From positions 1 to 26,589 of the IMG/VR virus record IMGVR_UViG_3300032240_000604: a stretch of DNA of 26,589 nucleotides. One strand, written 5' to 3'. The stretch is from a virus (taxonomy: Duplodnaviria > Caudoviricetes). The position numbers and the translations under genes are program-made. Below are positions 1 through 7,885 of this stretch, piece after piece (positions within the stretch are counted from its first letter, which is position 1; each line of letters begins with the position of its first letter). A model generated the notes under the pieces. That model had not been told where the DNA came from and did no database searches. It saw nothing but the letters and a program-made list of their open reading frames with translations.

Positions 1-60
1 ACAAAACAGACCTAACTTGTTCAAAACGACCGCTATGACGGACCTTAAGGAGAAGAACAC

Positions 61-228
61 ATGATTCTTAACCAAGGCAAAGTCGCTGGCGGTTTGGTAG
101 ATGAACTGCTTGAAGTGATACACAAGTATGACGAGACGCTGTACACATCCACTGTGATTGGCGTATTAGAGTTAGTAAAGCGTCAGTTAGTTGACGAAGC
201 AATGTGGGGAGAAACAGAAGATGACTAA
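61..228 (+). CDS. small hypothetical phage protein (55 aa)
   Basis: Read manually: MILNQGKVAGGLVDELLEVIHKYDETL...WGETEDD*. AAGGAG lies upstream and the stop overlaps the next ORF. Below the ORF-track cutoff. Confidence 0.7.
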   Translation: MILNQGKVAGGLVDELLEVIHKYDETLYTSTVIGVLELVKRQLVDEAMWGETEDD

Positions 229-418
229 ACGCATAGAAATAGAGTACGAATTAAAAGCAGAAGAAGATGATGACATCCAAGACTACAAGAAACCTTGGGT
301 AGGGCTGACGGATGAAGAGATTGAAGCAAGTAAGCCAACCTCATCAAATGATGCGGTAGTTTGGGAGCTTGCTGTTGAATGGGCAGAAGCCAAACTAAGG
401 AGTAAAAACAATGCTTGA
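221..418 (+). CDS. small hypothetical phage protein (WVGLTDEE...EAKL type)
   Basis: ATG at 221 with GGAG upstream, in frame with track ORF 191-418. PWVGLTDEEI and AEAKLRSKN motifs are recalled from small early phage ORFs. Confidence 0.75.
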   Translation: MTKRIEIEYELKAEEDDDIQDYKKPWVGLTDEEIEASKPTSSNDAVVWELAVEWAEAKLRSKNNA

Positions 419-512
419 AACAATCGCATGGGTAGCGTTACTACTGTGTAGTGGTGGTGCAATAGTCGTCACCGTTGCTGTGGCAATCTTTATGCTATCG
501 GAGGACAAATGA
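411..512 (+). CDS. 33-aa single-TM membrane peptide
   Basis: AAGGAG SD; MLETIAWVALLLCSGGAIVVTVAVAIFMLSEDK*; ATGA overlap with the next gene. Confidence 0.65.
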   Translation: MLETIAWVALLLCSGGAIVVTVAVAIFMLSEDK

Positions 513-727
513 AAACTTTGATCCATGTCAACCAACATGTAATTAAAGCCAACGCTAAGAGCGGCAAACAAGACCCAGTCTTAACAGTCAAAACATACAA
601 GAGCAACACATACGCTAACAGGGTGAAGATACATGGAAGCAGCTCGATTGTGTATTCACCCGACAAACCATTGTCTTGTGGTGCTAAGGTATGGATTGAA
701 ACAAACGCAGTGGTGGAGGTGGAATGA
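509..727 (+). CDS. conserved hypothetical phage protein
   Basis: GGAGG SD; ATGA coupling on both sides; IHVNQH...PVLTVK...PLSCGAKVWIET. Confidence 0.8.
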   Translation: MKTLIHVNQHVIKANAKSGKQDPVLTVKTYKSNTYANRVKIHGSSSIVYSPDKPLSCGAKVWIETNAVVEVE

Positions 728-969
728 AGTGCCCCGTATGTAACACTTGGACATCAGTAATCACAACAAGAGAATCGCCCACATTTGGATATACAAGAAG
801 GAGAGAGTGCGCTAATGAACACAGATTCACAACCCAAGAAATCGTTGTCCCGCAAGAGGCAATTGATGCAGAGAGAAGAAATCATCTCGAAAATAATCTC
901 GAACGACTGGAATCCATTCGAGCGAGTAGACCCAAAGTTGTTAGAAAAAGTAAAGCAAAAATTTACTAA
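724..969 (+). CDS. NrdR/Ogr-like zinc-ribbon protein
   Basis: MKCPVC...TRRRECANEHRFTTQE resembles the NrdR N-terminal Zn ribbon. No ATP-cone follows. GGAGG SD. Confidence 0.75.
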   Translation: MKCPVCNTWTSVITTRESPTFGYTRRRECANEHRFTTQEIVVPQEAIDAERRNHLENNLERLESIRASRPKVVRKSKAKIY

Positions 970-1006
970 GATGAAAAATCACGAGTACGAGGATGCTTTG
1001 CTATGA
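866..1006 (+). CDS. small hypothetical protein overlapping the Zn-ribbon gene (+1 frame, 46 aa)
   Basis: GAGG upstream of ATG 866; MQREEII...WNPFERVDPKLLE...YEDALL*; its TGA overlaps the polymerase ATG (ATGA). Confidence 0.5.
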   Translation: MQREEIISKIISNDWNPFERVDPKLLEKVKQKFTKMKNHEYEDALL

Positions 1007-2853
1007 ACCTAATCACGCTTGACTTTGAGACTTACTATAGTAAAGACTATGGCCTTAAGACATATACGACAGAACACTATATCCGTGACGGGCAATTTCA
1101 AGTTATTGGCTTTGCGTACAAGATCAATGATGGTCAAACTTACTGGGTCACAGGGACAGACAAAGAGATATCCCAAAAACTTCACAGCCTCAACATTGAA
1201 CAGTCCTACCTTATATGTCATAACTCGGTATTCGATGGGGCGATACTTGCTTGGAGGTACGGGATTATCCCGAAGTATTACCTTGACACGTTATCGATGG
1301 CGCGGCCAATCACAGGGCAAACAGTTGGCGGATCATTAGCCGCACTCGCTAAGAAGTTCTTGTCAGGCGAGAAAGGCACTGAAGTTGTCAATGCCCTAGG
1401 TAAACGACGCGAAGACTTTACTGCAGAAGATTTGGCTCGCTATGGTGACTACTGCCGTAATGATGTGCAGTTAACCTTTGAGTTATATCATGTGCTCAAA
1501 CAGTGGAATCCGCCAAAGGAGCTATATATACAGGACTTGATGGTTCGTATGTTTACCGACCCCATACTGCAGTTAGATAAGAAGGTACTTACCGATCATC
1601 TATTCAAGGTGCAAGATAACAAAGCCAAGTTGATGGAGCGTATTGATACATCCATTGGACGTGACGCGCTGATGTCTAACCCCAAGTTTGCAGAAGTTCT
1701 AAAGAAATTAGGTGTTGAACCGCCTACCAAAATAAGTCTGCGTACTAACAAGGAAGCCTATGCGTTTGGCAAAACAGATCAAGCGTTCAAGGCTCTCGCC
1801 GACCATCCAAATACAGCAGTGCAAGCCGTCGTTGCTGCGAGGCTTGGCATTAAGTCTACGTTGGAAGAAACCCGCACAGAATCTTTCATTGGCATTGCTG
1901 AACGCGGGTTGTTACCGATCCTACTTAACTACTGGGGAGCGCATACTGGTAGAGCGTCTGGTGGCGACAAGATGAATCTGCAAAACTTGCCGAGGGGAGG
2001 TTCTTTGCGTAGGTCAATAACTACACCTGAAGGGCATGTCCTTATCGCAGTTGACTCAGCACAGATCGAAGCGCGTGTCGTTGCATGGTTGGCTGGTGAA
2101 GACGATTTGCTTGAGAACTTCCGCAACAACGAGGACATCTATTCCAAGTTTGCCTCTGAGGTATACAGCAAGCCAGTGACTAAAGCCGACAAGGTTGAAC
2201 GCTTTGTTGGTAAGACCTGCATTCTTGGTCTAGGGTACGGCATGGGTGCTGACAAGTTCAAAGCCACACTCAAGGTTGGTATGGGCGGTATCTCTGTGGA
2301 CATGCCGCTTACAGAAGCCAAGAGCGCGGTTGATCTGTACCGCACTAAGTACGCCATGATTGCCCAGTTGTGGAAGGATGCAAACAACGCACTGGTGCAG
2401 ATGTCTCGCGGACTAGAGACTGAGTTCGGTGTAGGTATAGCACTTAAATGCACACCTGATGGTATACATCTACCTAACGGCACGATGATCCGATACCCTA
2501 ACCTACGCAAGTCTACAGATGGCTATGAGTACGAAGGTCGCTACGGTCCTGTCAAGATATACGGTGGTAAGGTAGTAGAGAACGTGGTGCAAGGGTTAGC
2601 ACGTATTGTGGTGTTTGATCAGATGGCAAAGATCGACCAAGAGATGCGACTAAACGACAACCCACAAGCCGACTCTCGGTACAAGGTAGCCCTGACTGTC
2701 CACGACGAAGTAGTTGCAGTTGTACCTAAAGCGGCTGGCCAGTGGGCACTTGACTTTATGCTCAAAACGATGTCTACTCCACCTAAATGGTGTAGCGATT
2801 TACCTGTGTCTTGCGAAGGCGAGATTGGTATAAACTACGCAGATGCAAAATAA
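1003..2853 (+). CDS. phage DNA polymerase, family A, with 3'-5' exonuclease domain
   Basis: ExoI LDFETY, ExoII HNSVFD, ExoIII YCRND; motif A DSAQIEAR; motif B RFVGKTCILGLGYG; motif C VHDE. Confidence 0.95.
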   Translation: MNLITLDFETYYSKDYGLKTYTTEHYIRDGQFQVIGFAYKINDGQTYWVTGTDKEISQKLHSLNIEQSYLICHNSVFDGAILAWRYGIIPKYYLDTLSMARPITGQTVGGSLAALAKKFLSGEKGTEVVNALGKRREDFTAEDLARYGDYCRNDVQLTFELYHVLKQWNPPKELYIQDLMVRMFTDPILQLDKKVLTDHLFKVQDNKAKLMERIDTSIGRDALMSNPKFAEVLKKLGVEPPTKISLRTNKEAYAFGKTDQAFKALADHPNTAVQAVVAARLGIKSTLEETRTESFIGIAERGLLPILLNYWGAHTGRASGGDKMNLQNLPRGGSLRRSITTPEGHVLIAVDSAQIEARVVAWLAGEDDLLENFRNNEDIYSKFASEVYSKPVTKADKVERFVGKTCILGLGYGMGADKFKATLKVGMGGISVDMPLTEAKSAVDLYRTKYAMIAQLWKDANNALVQMSRGLETEFGVGIALKCTPDGIHLPNGTMIRYPNLRKSTDGYEYEGRYGPVKIYGGKVVENVVQGLARIVVFDQMAKIDQEMRLNDNPQADSRYKVALTVHDEVVAVVPKAAGQWALDFMLKTMSTPPKWCSDLPVSCEGEIGINYADAK

Positions 2854-2892
2854 CTTAAGCCTAGTGGTTTTACCACTTTGGGCGGAACCTCT

Positions 2893-3546
2893 ATGACTAT
2901 ACCCGCTTGGACATACTCACAACTCGACAAGTTCGAGACGTGCCCTAGACAGTTCTACCACGTGAGGGTGAAGAAAGACTTCCCCGAACCGCCAACGGAA
3001 GCAACGATATGGGGAGAGCGTGTTCATAAAGCGATGGAGTTGCGTATCAAAGATGGTACGCCTTTGCCTGAAGGTATGACTCAGTGGGAAAACATTGCAG
3101 GTAAGTTTGCTAGATTGTCAGGAGAGAAACACTGCGAGATAAAAATGGCAGTGGACAAAAACTTTCAACCTGCTGACTGGGACAACGCATGGTCTAGAGG
3201 TATCGCTGACTTGGTCATCATCAATGGAAACAAAGCGGCTATCTTTGACCACAAGACTGGTAAGCGAAAACCAACGGAACAACTGATGTTATACGCGGGT
3301 TATACATTTGCAATGTACCCCGATGTGGATTACGTAACGACAGGGTTCGTGTGGTTAAAAGATAAAAAGATTGACAAGCAAGAATTTACAAGAGAACAAG
3401 TTTCAGAGATATGGCTTGAGTTCTTACCAAGAGTCCGCAAGTTAGAGTTGGCCTACGAGAAAGACAATTGGCCTTGCCGTCCATCGGGCTTATGTCATGG
3501 ATGGTGTCCCGCAAAGAGTTGTGAGTTTTACCGGAGCAAGAAGTAA
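2893..3546 (+). CDS. PD-(D/E)XK (Cas4/RecB-like) exonuclease
   Basis: WTYSQLDKFETCPR; GERVH; E...GIADL...DHKTG; QLMLY; C-terminal Cys cluster LCHGWCPAKSC. The ATG at 2893 is preferred over the TTG at 2878. Confidence 0.85.
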   Translation: MTIPAWTYSQLDKFETCPRQFYHVRVKKDFPEPPTEATIWGERVHKAMELRIKDGTPLPEGMTQWENIAGKFARLSGEKHCEIKMAVDKNFQPADWDNAWSRGIADLVIINGNKAAIFDHKTGKRKPTEQLMLYAGYTFAMYPDVDYVTTGFVWLKDKKIDKQEFTREQVSEIWLEFLPRVRKLELAYEKDNWPCRPSGLCHGWCPAKSCEFYRSKK

Positions 3547-3839
3547 TGGCTCAGACTCCTGAGGGTAGAGTTAAAGATGCGGTCAAAAAAGAATTAAAGG
3601 CTAGAGGTATTTGGTACTTCATGCCTATGCAAAATGGTTTTGGTGTAGTTGGAATCTCTGATTTCATTTGTTGTTGGGGCGGAACATTCTTGGCTATTGA
3701 AACCAAGGCTCCCGGAAAGCGAAACAACACAACGCCAAACCAAGATCGGGTGCTAAAAGAGATCGAGAAACACGGTGGAATTTCAATCGTGGTCGATGAT
3801 GTAAATCAACTTATTGAATTTTTGGAGGACATTAAATGA
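3546..3839 (+). CDS. VRR-NUC domain nuclease
   Basis: TPEGRVK...GISDFICC...AIETKAPG...TPNQ; TAATG coupling with the upstream gene. Confidence 0.85.
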   Translation: MAQTPEGRVKDAVKKELKARGIWYFMPMQNGFGVVGISDFICCWGGTFLAIETKAPGKRNNTTPNQDRVLKEIEKHGGISIVVDDVNQLIEFLEDIK

Positions 3840-4099
3840 ACAAAGGCGGACCAACTAAAGCAGCGTACGACAAAGCGTACAACGCTAAACCAGACCAAGT
3901 GAAAAAGCGTGAGATGCGCAACCAAGCTCGCGCCGAGTTAATGAAAGATGGCAAAGTTAAAAAGGGAGACGGCAAAGATGTTGACCATAAGCAAATGCTT
4001 GACGGCAATGGAACAAATTCAAAGAACAACCTACGCGTGGTTGATAAAGAAACTAACCGTGGCTGGCGTAAAAACAATGGCAGCGCGTACGGAAAGTAA
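3836..4099 (+). CDS. small HNH endonuclease-like protein
   Basis: DGKDVDHK...GTNSKNNLRVV...NRG; GGAGG SD. Confidence 0.75.
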   Translation: MNKGGPTKAAYDKAYNAKPDQVKKREMRNQARAELMKDGKVKKGDGKDVDHKQMLDGNGTNSKNNLRVVDKETNRGWRKNNGSAYGK

Positions 4100-4313
4100 C
4101 GTACTACGCGAGATCGACACAGGGGTCTATTTAATATTTGGCTATCGGACTCCTGACAATATTGTGCATGTAGAACTAAGCATGGATATGCAGGACAACA
4201 GTAGAAAGTTTTCTTGGATATGTAGGAATAGTTCTATTCACTCTATGAACATTGACGAGTTCACCCACGAATCAATAACAGCGTTAATCGCGGCAATGAG
4301 GCTTTCATGCTAA
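4077..4313 (+). CDS. hypothetical protein (78 aa)
   Basis: Fills the gap between the HNH and HTH genes. ATG 4077 is in frame with track ORF 3948-4313. Confidence 0.55.
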   Translation: MAARTESNVLREIDTGVYLIFGYRTPDNIVHVELSMDMQDNSRKFSWICRNSSIHSMNIDEFTHESITALIAAMRLSC

Positions 4314-4579
4314 TAACACGTGAAGAAATCAAACAGCGGGACGAACTTGTTATAAAACTTCGAGACGAGTGTCGCACGTTTGCTGAAATTGGACTGGTCT
4401 TAGGTGTTAACGCTTCTAAAGCAAGGAGCATATACCGAAGCGCTTTCGTGAAAAAGGTCCGAGCAAACATGTGTCTGGAGGAACCTACGGGGTCATTGTG
4501 CCCAACGGAGCTCAGATTACTTGCTATGTACCCTTACATTACCGAAGCTGCAAAAGCAATCAGCGAACTGAAAATATGA
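4307..4579 (+). CDS. helix-turn-helix protein (sigma70 region 4-like)
   Basis: RTFAEIGLVLGVNASKARSIY HTH pattern; ATGA overlap with the helicase. Confidence 0.65.
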   Translation: MLITREEIKQRDELVIKLRDECRTFAEIGLVLGVNASKARSIYRSAFVKKVRANMCLEEPTGSLCPTELRLLAMYPYITEAAKAISELKI

Positions 4580-6141
4580 TAATTAGAAAAGATAAACGCG
4601 CAATTATTCTAAAGTTGCGCAACCCCTCAAGAGTAACAACAGTAGTCCCGACCGCCAAACTGGTAACACACGAAGGCGACACACTGGTAGCAGTACCACA
4701 TAGGCCAGACGAGGTTAAGGTTCTTAGAAATCTTGGTTTCAATCCACCTGATCCTATGGAGTACTACTACAAGTGGCCGGGGCGCTTCAAACCATTTGCC
4801 GCGCAAATCGAGACTGCTAACTTCTTATCTATGCACGACAGAGCATTCTGTTTAAATAGCATGGGTCTTGGTAAAACAGTTACATCATTGTGGGCGTTTG
4901 ACTTCATGCGTGACTGCAAGATGATTAAGAAGGCATTGATTGTGTGCCCTCTATCCACGATGGAACGCACATGGGCAGACGAAATATTTAAAACATTTCC
5001 ACACCTAGATGCAACCGTTGTGTATGGCTCGCGTGATAAACGTAAAAAGTTATTGGCACAAAAGTCTGACCTCTACATCATCAACACGGATGGCATCAAG
5101 ACCATTGAAGAAGACTTAGCATCGCGTGACGATATTGATTTGATCATCGTAGATGAGATTGCTATGTTCCGTAACGCGGGAACCGAACGGTGGAAAATTC
5201 TAAACAACATATGTAACAAACAAACTCATCGCAGAGTATGGGGTTTAACTGGCGCACCCACGCCACACGAACCAACAGACGCATGGGCGCAATGTCGTAT
5301 TGTTGTACCCGCTAGTCCTGATGTGCCGAAATACTTTGGTAAGTTCCGCGACTTAGTAATGAAACAGTTGACGCAGTTCAAGTGGGTGCCACGAAGTAAC
5401 GCCGTGGACATAGTGAAACAAATCATGCAACCAGCGGTACGCTTTGCATTAGATGACTGCATTGACTTACCTGAGCAGACATTCACAACTCGTGATGTCG
5501 AGATGACTAAGGAGCAGAAAGAAGCATACAAGAACATGCTAGACAAACTCATCATGGAATACCAAGGTGGCGAAGTACTAGCAGTAAACGAAGCGGTCAA
5601 GGCTAACAAACTAGTTCAGATCGCTTGCGGTGTGGCGTATGGTAAAGATGGCGAGTACATCCACATCCCTAACAAACCTCGCATAGACGTACTCAAAGAA
5701 CTGATCGCAGAATCAGAAGGCAAAGTATTAGTGTTTGTCCCATTGACTGGTGTGCTTGAGAATCTAATCGATGAACTCAAAGATGAGTGGGACGTAGCGG
5801 CAGTGCATGGTGCAACCTCTAAACATGAGCGAGATGAAATCTTTGGCGAGTTCCAAAAAACAGATCGTATTCGTGTGATCGTGGCTAACCCCGTAACTAT
5901 GTCACATGGTCTGACATTGACTGCCGCAACAACAATCATATGGTATGCCCCCATACATAGCAACGACGTGTACGAACAAGCATGTGCTCGAGTACGCCGA
6001 CCCGGACAGACACGGACTACAGTTATCGCCCACATCGCTGGGTCAGATATTGAACGCCGTATTTACCAACGACTGCAAGCAAAACAAAAATTGCAAGGGT
6101 CGCTCTTAGAAATAATGAAAGGAATTGAAACTGATCAGTGA
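4576..6141 (+). CDS. SNF2-family (SF2) helicase
   Basis: MGLGKT (Walker A), IIVDEI (Walker B), LTGAP (III), SHGLTL (V), QACARVRRPGQ (VI). Confidence 0.9.
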   Translation: MIIRKDKRAIILKLRNPSRVTTVVPTAKLVTHEGDTLVAVPHRPDEVKVLRNLGFNPPDPMEYYYKWPGRFKPFAAQIETANFLSMHDRAFCLNSMGLGKTVTSLWAFDFMRDCKMIKKALIVCPLSTMERTWADEIFKTFPHLDATVVYGSRDKRKKLLAQKSDLYIINTDGIKTIEEDLASRDDIDLIIVDEIAMFRNAGTERWKILNNICNKQTHRRVWGLTGAPTPHEPTDAWAQCRIVVPASPDVPKYFGKFRDLVMKQLTQFKWVPRSNAVDIVKQIMQPAVRFALDDCIDLPEQTFTTRDVEMTKEQKEAYKNMLDKLIMEYQGGEVLAVNEAVKANKLVQIACGVAYGKDGEYIHIPNKPRIDVLKELIAESEGKVLVFVPLTGVLENLIDELKDEWDVAAVHGATSKHERDEIFGEFQKTDRIRVIVANPVTMSHGLTLTAATTIIWYAPIHSNDVYEQACARVRRPGQTRTTVIAHIAGSDIERRIYQRLQAKQKLQGSLLEIMKGIETDQ

Positions 6142-6199
6142 AAACCACTATAGCCATGAGCCCATTTAATGATAACCTTCATCCCCCCTCGGAGAAAAA

Positions 6200-6580
6200 A
6201 TGAAACTATCTGAACTAGTAGCCAAATACATAGAACTGCGAGATAAAAAATCTCAGATAAAAGCAGAATATGATGGCAAAGTAGCTAAGTTGGATGACAT
6301 CTTAGACAAGATTGAATCAACTTTACTTAAAACGTTTGACCAAGCTGGTATGGATTCAGTTAAGACTGAGTTTGGAACAGCCTATACTTCTACTCGTACC
6401 ACTTCATCGATAGCCGATCCGGATGTCTTTATGACGTTCTGTAAAGCAAACGATGCATGGCACATGCTAGAAAAACGTGTCTCTAAAATTGCCGTAGAGC
6501 AATACAAAGCGGAACACAACGACGTACCTCCCGGTGTCAACTACCGTGCTGAACGTACTGTGAATGTCCGTAGATCGTAA
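6200..6580 (+). CDS. conserved hypothetical coiled-coil phage protein
   Basis: GGAG SD; N-terminal coiled coil then SVKTEFGT; position next to the SSB-like gene. Confidence 0.8.
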   Translation: MKLSELVAKYIELRDKKSQIKAEYDGKVAKLDDILDKIESTLLKTFDQAGMDSVKTEFGTAYTSTRTTSSIADPDVFMTFCKANDAWHMLEKRVSKIAVEQYKAEHNDVPPGVNYRAERTVNVRRS

Positions 6581-6607
6581 TTCCCTTAACCACTGGAGAA
6601 CTTAAAG

Positions 6608-7519
6608 ATGAGTAATGTCATCCCCTTCGATTCAAGCAGTTTACCTGCTTACCTTAAAGCCCCTAACCGCGTCATTGCAAACGATGACTTAACGTCCCAC
6701 GCTGGGTCTGGTGGGTTTCCTGTTATGTCCATTAAAGGTAAAAACTTTACTGTGGTTCGTGATGGTGACCGTACCGTTCTGACTAAAGAAGTCGATGGCG
6801 ACACAATGGCTGTTCAGTCTATTGAAGTTGTCTTAGTCAAGGCCAACAAGGGCACATCAAAAGTGTTCTACTCTAAAGGCTACCAAGAGGGGACAGAGGC
6901 TACCAAGCCAGACTGTTTCAGTAACTTTGGCGATCGTCCCGATCCATCTGTTGCCACACCTCAAGCCAAGTCCTGCGCTGTCTGCCCTAACAACCAATGG
7001 GGTAGCAAGATCGGTGACAACGGCGGTAAAGGTAAAGCCTGTCAGGATTCAGTAAGAATGGCTATCGCTACGCCTGATCTGATTAACGATCCCTATCTAT
7101 TGCGTGTTCCTCCTGCGTCTATCAAGTCCTTGGGTGAGTACGGCAAGATGTTGGCTAAGCGCGGTGTTGGATACAATATGGTCGTCACCAAAGTTGGCTT
7201 TGATATGGAGTCCCCAACTCCTAAGCTGACGTTCAAGCCTACAGGCTTATTAAGTGACGCGGCATATGCACAACTCCAAGAGGTTGTAGCGTCAGACACA
7301 GTCCAAGCGATCCTTGGTTCTGAAGGTATGGCCGCCGCCCAAACGGAAGCACTTGAAGCGCCCGATGAGTTGCCAGTTGTTGAACTACCAAAGTCAGCAC
7401 CAGTTGTTGAGAAGCCTGCGGCAAAACCAAAAGCAGCAGCGAAAGCAGCACCAGTTGTTGCAGAGCCTGAGATAGCAGTGACCGACTTGAACCTCGATGA
7501 TCTGAACTTCGACGACTAA
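6608..7519 (+). CDS. putative ssDNA-binding/annealing protein
   Basis: GGAG SD; Cys cluster (PDC, CAVC, KAC); Ala/Pro/Lys linker; acidic aromatic tail DLNLDDLNFDD typical of SSBs. Function is inferred. Confidence 0.6.
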   Translation: MSNVIPFDSSSLPAYLKAPNRVIANDDLTSHAGSGGFPVMSIKGKNFTVVRDGDRTVLTKEVDGDTMAVQSIEVVLVKANKGTSKVFYSKGYQEGTEATKPDCFSNFGDRPDPSVATPQAKSCAVCPNNQWGSKIGDNGGKGKACQDSVRMAIATPDLINDPYLLRVPPASIKSLGEYGKMLAKRGVGYNMVVTKVGFDMESPTPKLTFKPTGLLSDAAYAQLQEVVASDTVQAILGSEGMAAAQTEALEAPDELPVVELPKSAPVVEKPAAKPKAAAKAAPVVAEPEIAVTDLNLDDLNFDD

Positions 7520-7524
7520 GCATT

Positions 7525-7591
7525 TGGGGGAAAGCGGATGCTGAGGTCGCTGTGCCCATAGCACAGAGGGACGCAGTGCAGCGAGTACCCA
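7525..7591 (+). ncRNA. candidate structured RNA (long interrupted hairpin with loop-E/S-turn motif)
   Basis: GGG/CCC closing stem; GAA opposite AGUA; GC/GC; UGC/GCA or CUG/CAG; GUC/GAC; apical CUGUGC-ccaua-GCACAG. Confidence 0.45.
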
Positions 7592-7599
7592 CCTCTTTT

Positions 7600-7620
7600 A
7601 GCCCTTCGGGGCTTTTTATT
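7600..7620 (+). terminator. rho-independent terminator
   Basis: AGCCC-TTCG-GGGCT hairpin (cUUCGg tetraloop) followed by a T-rich tract. Confidence 0.85.
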
Positions 7621-7632
7621 TCTGGAGAAAAT

Positions 7633-7884
7633 ATGTCATACCAAATCGATCAACAAAAGGTAGCCGGAGTTGTCATTGAAGCAAACCTCGCTCTTAGCGA
7701 CAAAGGGTTTAATCACGGAGAGATCATCCTTGGACTTGGAGAATTAGCTGGGCGCATCATTGTTGAAGCAGCTGACACGCCTATACAGGCACAAGAATTA
7801 GTAAAGGTTGTGATGGCCCACATGGACCGAACAATCACTATTGGTGCGCACGTCGCAGGAAAATCAATTATCGAAAAGGTCTAG
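7633..7884 (+). CDS. hypothetical protein (83 aa)
   Basis: GGAG SD before ATG 7633; MSYQIDQQKV... Confidence 0.75.
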   Translation: MSYQIDQQKVAGVVIEANLALSDKGFNHGEIILGLGELAGRIIVEAADTPIQAQELVKVVMAHMDRTITIGAHVAGKSIIEKV

Positions 7885-7885
7885 T

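Noticed and set aside
191-220. Upstream TTG/GTG extensions given by the track (191, 2878, 3948, 4471, 7552, 7841, 11485)
   Set aside because: Downstream ATGs have SD sequences or stop-start coupling. The extensions overlap other genes or the terminator.
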